Shown here: in pieces, positions 60,001 through 63,300 of the stretch
Layout of the letters: each line of letters opens with the position of its first letter
Position numbering within the stretch: the stretch's first letter is position 1
Source: Dehalococcoidia bacterium
GTDB taxonomy: Bacteria > Chloroflexota > Dehalococcoidia > GIF9 > AB-539-J10
Reading direction: 5' to 3'
DNA length: 63,300 nt
Assembly (NCBI GenBank): GCA_030665785.1
Contig: DAOUZA010000001.1
Coordinates: forward strand, 1-63,300
Made by a program: the position numbers and the translations under genes
The notes under the pieces: generated by a model
Databases searched by the model: none
What the model was told of the DNA's origin: nothing
What the model saw: only the letters and a program-made list of their open reading frames with translations

Positions 60001-60182
60001 TCATTACCTATTATCAAGGCGAAGAACAGATTATAAAGGTGATGAAGGATTTTGCTGACTATATCAAGCAAGAAACCTTATCCCGAGAACTTATTGAAGG
60101 TTTATCACCTGAGGGGGCTTATGTTGAACAGCATCGCATCTCCAATAGCGATGTTTTGTTGGCAGTTAGCAAGGTTGACTAG
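57069..60182 (+). CDS. ileS: isoleucine--tRNA ligase
   Basis: 1037 aa. HIGH-type PTANGSPGIHHV, KMSKS present (GEKMSKSKNN), CPRCGT and CWRCES zinc motifs. Confidence 0.97.
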   Translation: MFHEVNSKISFPQLEKDILRYWKEHNIFNKSVGVREGAKRYVFYEGPPTANGSPGIHHVISRLFKDAVCRYKTMKGYYVPRKAGWDTHGLPVELEVEDTLGFTNKAQIEEYGIAQFNQKCRESVFKYIKEWEAMTERIGYWLDMENPYITLDNGYIESCWWAIKQLWDKGLIYQGYKVTPHCPRCGTSLSSHEVALGYRDDAVDPSVYIKFKLDEMSLVHSEITDRQLVFKLGGLFSHKPAFFLAWTTTPWTLPGNTALAVAPDVEYAVVELEDECLILAKALLEHVGLDSYEVVETLKGNELVNATYEPLFNPHKYGVERRRPQTYFSPGEMSVPRILEVQEPKEDLTYHVITTDFVSIEEGTGIVHVAPAYGEVDFEAMLSNEPKVDFVHMVNLEGKLTGSYPFSGKFVKDADPLILEDLKSRGLLYRSEKITHTYPFCWRCESPLLYYAKEAWYIKTTAIKDRLIRGNKEINWYPDYIKYGRFGDWLENNVDWAVSRERYWGTPLNIWRCESCGNLECVGSVEELKAKPKLTVGSYQLEAFRDLHRPYVDEITFACPKCDGTMRRVPDVIDCWFDSGAMPIAQWHYPFENKEQFEQNFPADFICEAIDQTRGWFYSLHAISTLLFDRPCFKNVACLGHIVDAQGEKMSKSKNNVVDPWLVVDNYGADVLRWHLLTAAPGENVHRFSTQMVADTMRGDLLTLWNTYSFFVLYANIDHFVPQETTPSLSPSHLDNWIISELNRLIADMTRALDNYDLTSAARRAGDFVDELSNWYVRRSRRRFWKSEEDADKLAAYNTLYQCLVTLSKLLAPLVPFTAEEIYRNLVCSADSQAPESVHLTDFPLANEAKIDDRLSAEVSLATKIASLGRAARAKAGIKVRQPLDKAIITLTQESEMDALRKFASDVMDEINVKELKFVKDMLSEDMPHYAVANDEKHWVAVDTRLSPQLKAEGVSREIVRHIQTMRRAAGFDVADHIITYYQGEEQIIKVMKDFADYIKQETLSRELIEGLSPEGAYVEQHRISNSDVLLAVSKVD

Positions 60183-61249
60183 CTTTGTGGTGGTGGGGTT
60201 GAGCTTAGTACAGCATGGGTTGTCCTCGTAACTCTTCCTCTGACGAAAGTTATCTCTACTTTTTCACCAATATAGCAATCGAGTATTGCCTCCTGTAATG
60301 CTTGGGCGGTATCAATTTCCTTACCTTGGAACTTGGTGATTATATCTCCCTTCTTTAACCCAGCAGCCTCTGCTGGGCTGTCAGGAGCCACCTCTGTAAT
60401 CAGCACTCCTTCATCAATTGTAAGGTTGTTGAGCCAGGCGGTGAGCCAGTCCAAGGTCTGAATATGCACTCCCAGCCAGGGGCGGATTATATAGCCCTGG
60501 TGGATTAATTCTTCAATGATTGGTCTGGCGCTATCGCTGCTTATGGCATAGCCCATATTTTCCGCCCCAAGGATTTTGGCACTGGTAATGCCTATTACTT
60601 CGCCTTTCATATTCACCAACGGTCCACCACTATTGCCGGGGTTGATTGCTGCGGTAGTTTCGATCAGGGCATAGAGCTTCTCTCCAGTTGATAGCGTTAT
60701 GGCGACGTCTAATCCGCTTATAATTCCTTCAGTTACTCTCAATCCCATGCCAAAGGCATTGCCTATGGCTAGAACCCATTCGCCTACTGCTAATGAAGAG
60801 GAATTGCCTAAAGAGATATAGGGCAAATCTGTAGCATCAATCTTGACTACTGCTAAGTCAGTTAAGGCATCTTCACCCACTATTGTAGCGGAAAATGTCT
60901 CGTCATCTAGCGTTACCGTTATGTTTTGGGCATTTTCAACCACATGGTCATTGGTAGCGATATATCCCTGTTCGCCATCAATCAGGAATCCAGAGCCTTT
61001 GGCTCTCTCTGTAGTCACGGAAACCACCGCGGGTTTTACCTTGGCGACTACTTCGGCAAAATTTGGCAGGAAAGTGCCTGATTGATTACCTGTGGTGGGA
61101 AACGTCCAGTTAGGCGCAGCTGTTCCTGTGAGATTGCCAGGCGGGGGGGGCGTGAACGCATCATGTTGTGTAGTGCAGCCACTCACACTTGAGAAGATTA
61201 AAACCACTGCTACCAGGAAAAGAGTGATGTATTTGAATCTACTAGCCAT
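60179..61249 (-). CDS. HtrA/DegP-family serine protease with PDZ domain
   Basis: Catalytic residues TNDHVV, DLAVVKI and GNSGGPLVN, with a C-terminal PDZ domain. The start is uncertain: ATG 61249 is preferred, and the track uses TTG 61288. Confidence 0.86.
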   Translation of the reverse strand: MASRFKYITLFLVAVVLIFSSVSGCTTQHDAFTPPPPGNLTGTAAPNWTFPTTGNQSGTFLPNFAEVVAKVKPAVVSVTTERAKGSGFLIDGEQGYIATNDHVVENAQNITVTLDDETFSATIVGEDALTDLAVVKIDATDLPYISLGNSSSLAVGEWVLAIGNAFGMGLRVTEGIISGLDVAITLSTGEKLYALIETTAAINPGNSGGPLVNMKGEVIGITSAKILGAENMGYAISSDSARPIIEELIHQGYIIRPWLGVHIQTLDWLTAWLNNLTIDEGVLITEVAPDSPAEAAGLKKGDIITKFQGKEIDTAQALQEAILDCYIGEKVEITFVRGRVTRTTHAVLSSTPPPQS

Positions 61250-61338
61250 GGCAGGGTTAATTTTAGTACTGTTGGCTTCAATGGGCAAGTTTTCCTGCGC
61301 GGTGACTTATTTATTGACAGGTGGTAAAATATTATGCG

Positions 61339-61701
61339 ATGGCTCAATCTTATGTGCAACAGTTGCTAAAAGGCATTGTAGAACCTTTGTTACTTTTTAT
61401 TATCAGCGAATTACCAGCACATGGTTATCAAATCGCTAAAGAGTTAGATAAAAGGAGTCAGGGCTACTTCGAATTTAAGGGGAGCACCATTTATTCAGCA
61501 TTACGCCGCTTGGAGCGGGAGGGGTTGGTGTTGAGTACCTGGCAGCAAGTTACCCAAAAACAAAAGCGAAGATGCTATGAATTAACTGAAAAGGGGAGCC
61601 AGATTCTGACTGAGAAGTTAATTGAATGGCAGCAATTTTATAATGCTGCTAGCATGATTATAGGCCATCGGAAGCTATCTTTGCAGCCGAAAGCGAAATA
61701 G
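61339..61701 (+). CDS. PadR family transcriptional regulator
   Basis: Winged HTH GYQIAKEL...GSTIYSALRRLEREGLV. ATG 61339 is preferred over GTG 61321. Confidence 0.85.
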   Translation: MAQSYVQQLLKGIVEPLLLFIISELPAHGYQIAKELDKRSQGYFEFKGSTIYSALRRLEREGLVLSTWQQVTQKQKRRCYELTEKGSQILTEKLIEWQQFYNAASMIIGHRKLSLQPKAK

Positions 61702-62474
61702 TGGAGCTACGAATCTTAGGCGCCCATAGCAATGAAGCTAAAGGGGCTCGCCTAACTTCTTTTTTGATTGATAATGTTTTAGCTATAGATGCTGGTGGGC
61801 TTACCTCTGCCCTTTCTTTAGCTGAGCAGGAAAAAATCAAGGCTGTATTGCTTACTCACCATCATTTTGACCACACACGGGATTTAGTCACCCTTGGTTA
61901 CAACGCTGCTTTGTGGGATGGTCAAATTAAAGTCTATGCCCTATCTGAAGCTCTAGACGTTGTTGTTCCATGCCTTCTTGACGGCAAGATATACGCTAAT
62001 CTGCTTGAATATCCTTCTAAAAAAAGCCCCACTCTTCAGTTTGAGACTATTGAGCCGTATAAGGAAGAGAATGTTGAAGGATACAAGATTTTGGCATTAC
62101 CGGTAAAACATAATACCCCCACCGTTGGTTATCAAGTTACCTCTCCCAGGGGTAAAAAGTTGTTTTATACCAGTGATACCGGTCCTGGCCTATTTGATTG
62201 CTGGCAGCATATTGCCCCAGATTTACTTATCTGTGAGTCTTCTGTTCCAAATATGTTGGGAGATTTTGCCAGGAAAGCTGGGCATCTTACCCCACAACTG
62301 CTGAAAGACGAGCTTATCCAGTTCAAGCAACTTAAAGGTTATTTGCCAAAGGTCATCGTTATTCATATTGCTATTTTGCATGAGCAGGAAATTGAACAAG
62401 AAGTGGCCCAGGTAGCTAAGGAGCTGGGAGCTGATGTAAACCTGGGCCACGAAGATATGAGGGTGGTGTTATAG
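61701..62474 (+). CDS. MBL-fold metallo-hydrolase
   Basis: 257 aa. LLTHHHFDHTRD. GTG start overlaps the PadR stop by 1 nt. Confidence 0.8.
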   Translation: MELRILGAHSNEAKGARLTSFLIDNVLAIDAGGLTSALSLAEQEKIKAVLLTHHHFDHTRDLVTLGYNAALWDGQIKVYALSEALDVVVPCLLDGKIYANLLEYPSKKSPTLQFETIEPYKEENVEGYKILALPVKHNTPTVGYQVTSPRGKKLFYTSDTGPGLFDCWQHIAPDLLICESSVPNMLGDFARKAGHLTPQLLKDELIQFKQLKGYLPKVIVIHIAILHEQEIEQEVAQVAKELGADVNLGHEDMRVVL

Positions 62475-62475
62475 G

Positions 62476-63300
62476 TTAGCCTACCTTTGGTAGCTCAGCC
62501 AGTGCCTCCTTTACTTTATCCTCGGGATACTCATAATCCTGGAGCTTGCCTGACAGGTAAGCATCATAGGCAGCCATGTCAACATGTCCATGTCCGCTGT
62601 GAGCTATCAGGATGGTTTTTGACTCGCCTGACTCTCGACATTTCAGGGCTTCGTCAATGGCAACCTTAATATTATGGCATGGCTCTGGAGCACTGATGAT
62701 GCCCTCGGTGCGGGCAAAGGTTATCCCGGCTTCGAAGGTAGCAAGCTGGTGCTCAGCTCTGGCTTCAACAAGACCTAATTGATGGAGATGACAAATTATG
62801 GGTGCCATCCCATGATAGCGCAGTCCGCCGGCATGTATTGGGGGTGGAATAAAGCTGTGCCCCAGGGTATACATCTTAACTAGGGGGGTGAGCTTGGCTG
62901 AATCGCCAAAGTCATAGGCATATGGTCCCTTGGTAATGCTAGGAGCAGACATAGGCTCGACATTGATGATACGCAGGTCTGGCCGCGTCCCATCAATTTT
63001 ATCCTTGACAAAAGGCAAAAATAGCCCGGCGAAGTTCGAGCCACCACCAATGCAGCCGACGATGATGTCGGGGTAGGCATCTGCCTTCTCCATTAGCTTT
63101 TTCGCCTCCAAGCCGTTGACAGTTTGATGCAGCAGAACGTGGTTGAGCACGCTGCCCAGGGCGTAGTGAGTATCATCGCGGGACATGCAATCCTCCACAG
63201 CCTCGCTAATGGCAAGACCCAGGCTGCCAGGACAATCAGGCCATTTTGCCAGCATATCTCGCCCTACCTTGGTATCCTCACTCGGGCTGGGCACGCATTT
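62476..63300 (-). CDS. TrpB-like PLP-dependent enzyme (TrpB2 type), 5'-truncated by the window edge
   Basis: The frame stays open to position 63300. [11 protein letters not shown] and a TrpB2-like C-terminus. The N-terminal part lies outside the window. Confidence 0.85.
   Translation of the reverse strand, partial: KCVPSPSEDTKVGRDMLAKWPDCPGSLGLAISEAVEDCMSRDDTHYALGSVLNHVLLHQTVNGLEAKKLMEKADAYPDIIVGCIGGGSNFAGLFLPFVKDKIDGTRPDLRIINVEPMSAPSITKGPYAYDFGDSAKLTPLVKMYTLGHSFIPPPIHAGGLRYHGMAPIICHLHQLGLVEARAEHQLATFEAGITFARTEGIISAPEPCHNIKVAIDEALKCRESGESKTILIAHSGHGHVDMAAYDAYLSGKLQDYEYPEDKVKEALAELPKVG

Overview
This 63.3-kb window reads as a compact chromosomal segment from an anaerobic, probably monoderm bacterium. 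A Chloroflexota/Dehalococcoidia-like organism is my guess from gene content and gene order, and I cannot verify it here. I support 63 protein-coding calls plus one pseudogene. Almost all are recognisable housekeeping or central and lipid metabolism genes:
- a beta-oxidation-like cluster (three acyl-CoA dehydrogenases, an SCP2-type thiolase and a DUF35 protein) interrupted by ligA
- pth, eno and gap
- dnaX-ybaB-recR-recO
- an APC permease with a USP and two RCK proteins
- pheA
- clpC ... radA-ispD-ispF
- ppsA, a dGTPase-like protein, dnaG and rpoD
- ffh, tsaB-tsaE-thiL
- rpsF-ssb-rpsR-rpmH-rnpA-yidD-yidC-jag, then ileS and htrA

rpmH (53703..53843) is missing from the ORF track and was found by reading the sequence. 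I found no rRNA, tRNA, CRISPR array, transposase, integrase or recognisable defence gene. I do not see a clear novel multi-gene system, and I say so plainly.

The features most worth a second look are:
1. A 453-bp, ~96%-identical direct repeat of the gap 3' end (12275..12727 and 20856..21308). It brackets an 8.1-kb, GC-elevated cassette (AMP-ligase plus a Liv-type ABC transporter) and leaves a 5'-truncated gap pseudogene. The two copies differ mostly at synonymous sites.
2. A family of GC-rich hairpin repeats (core cattgcgag...gaagcaatc and relatives) at 10 loci (11 annotated elements), densest at the cassette's right edge. Some run into the 3' ends of ORFs.
3. A PQQ-type beta-propeller lipoprotein inserted between yidD and yidC.
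4. The conserved clpC-radA-ispDF gene order split by an orphan 73-aa biotinyl protein, an Fe-ADH and a tungsten-type AOR.
5. A near-consensus clpC promoter overlapped by a GGTAGAG direct repeat, where a CtsR box would be expected.
6. Several probable leaderless or near-leaderless promoters.

Coordinates of starts that differ from the ORF track are my own re-evaluation and are marked in the evidence fields.
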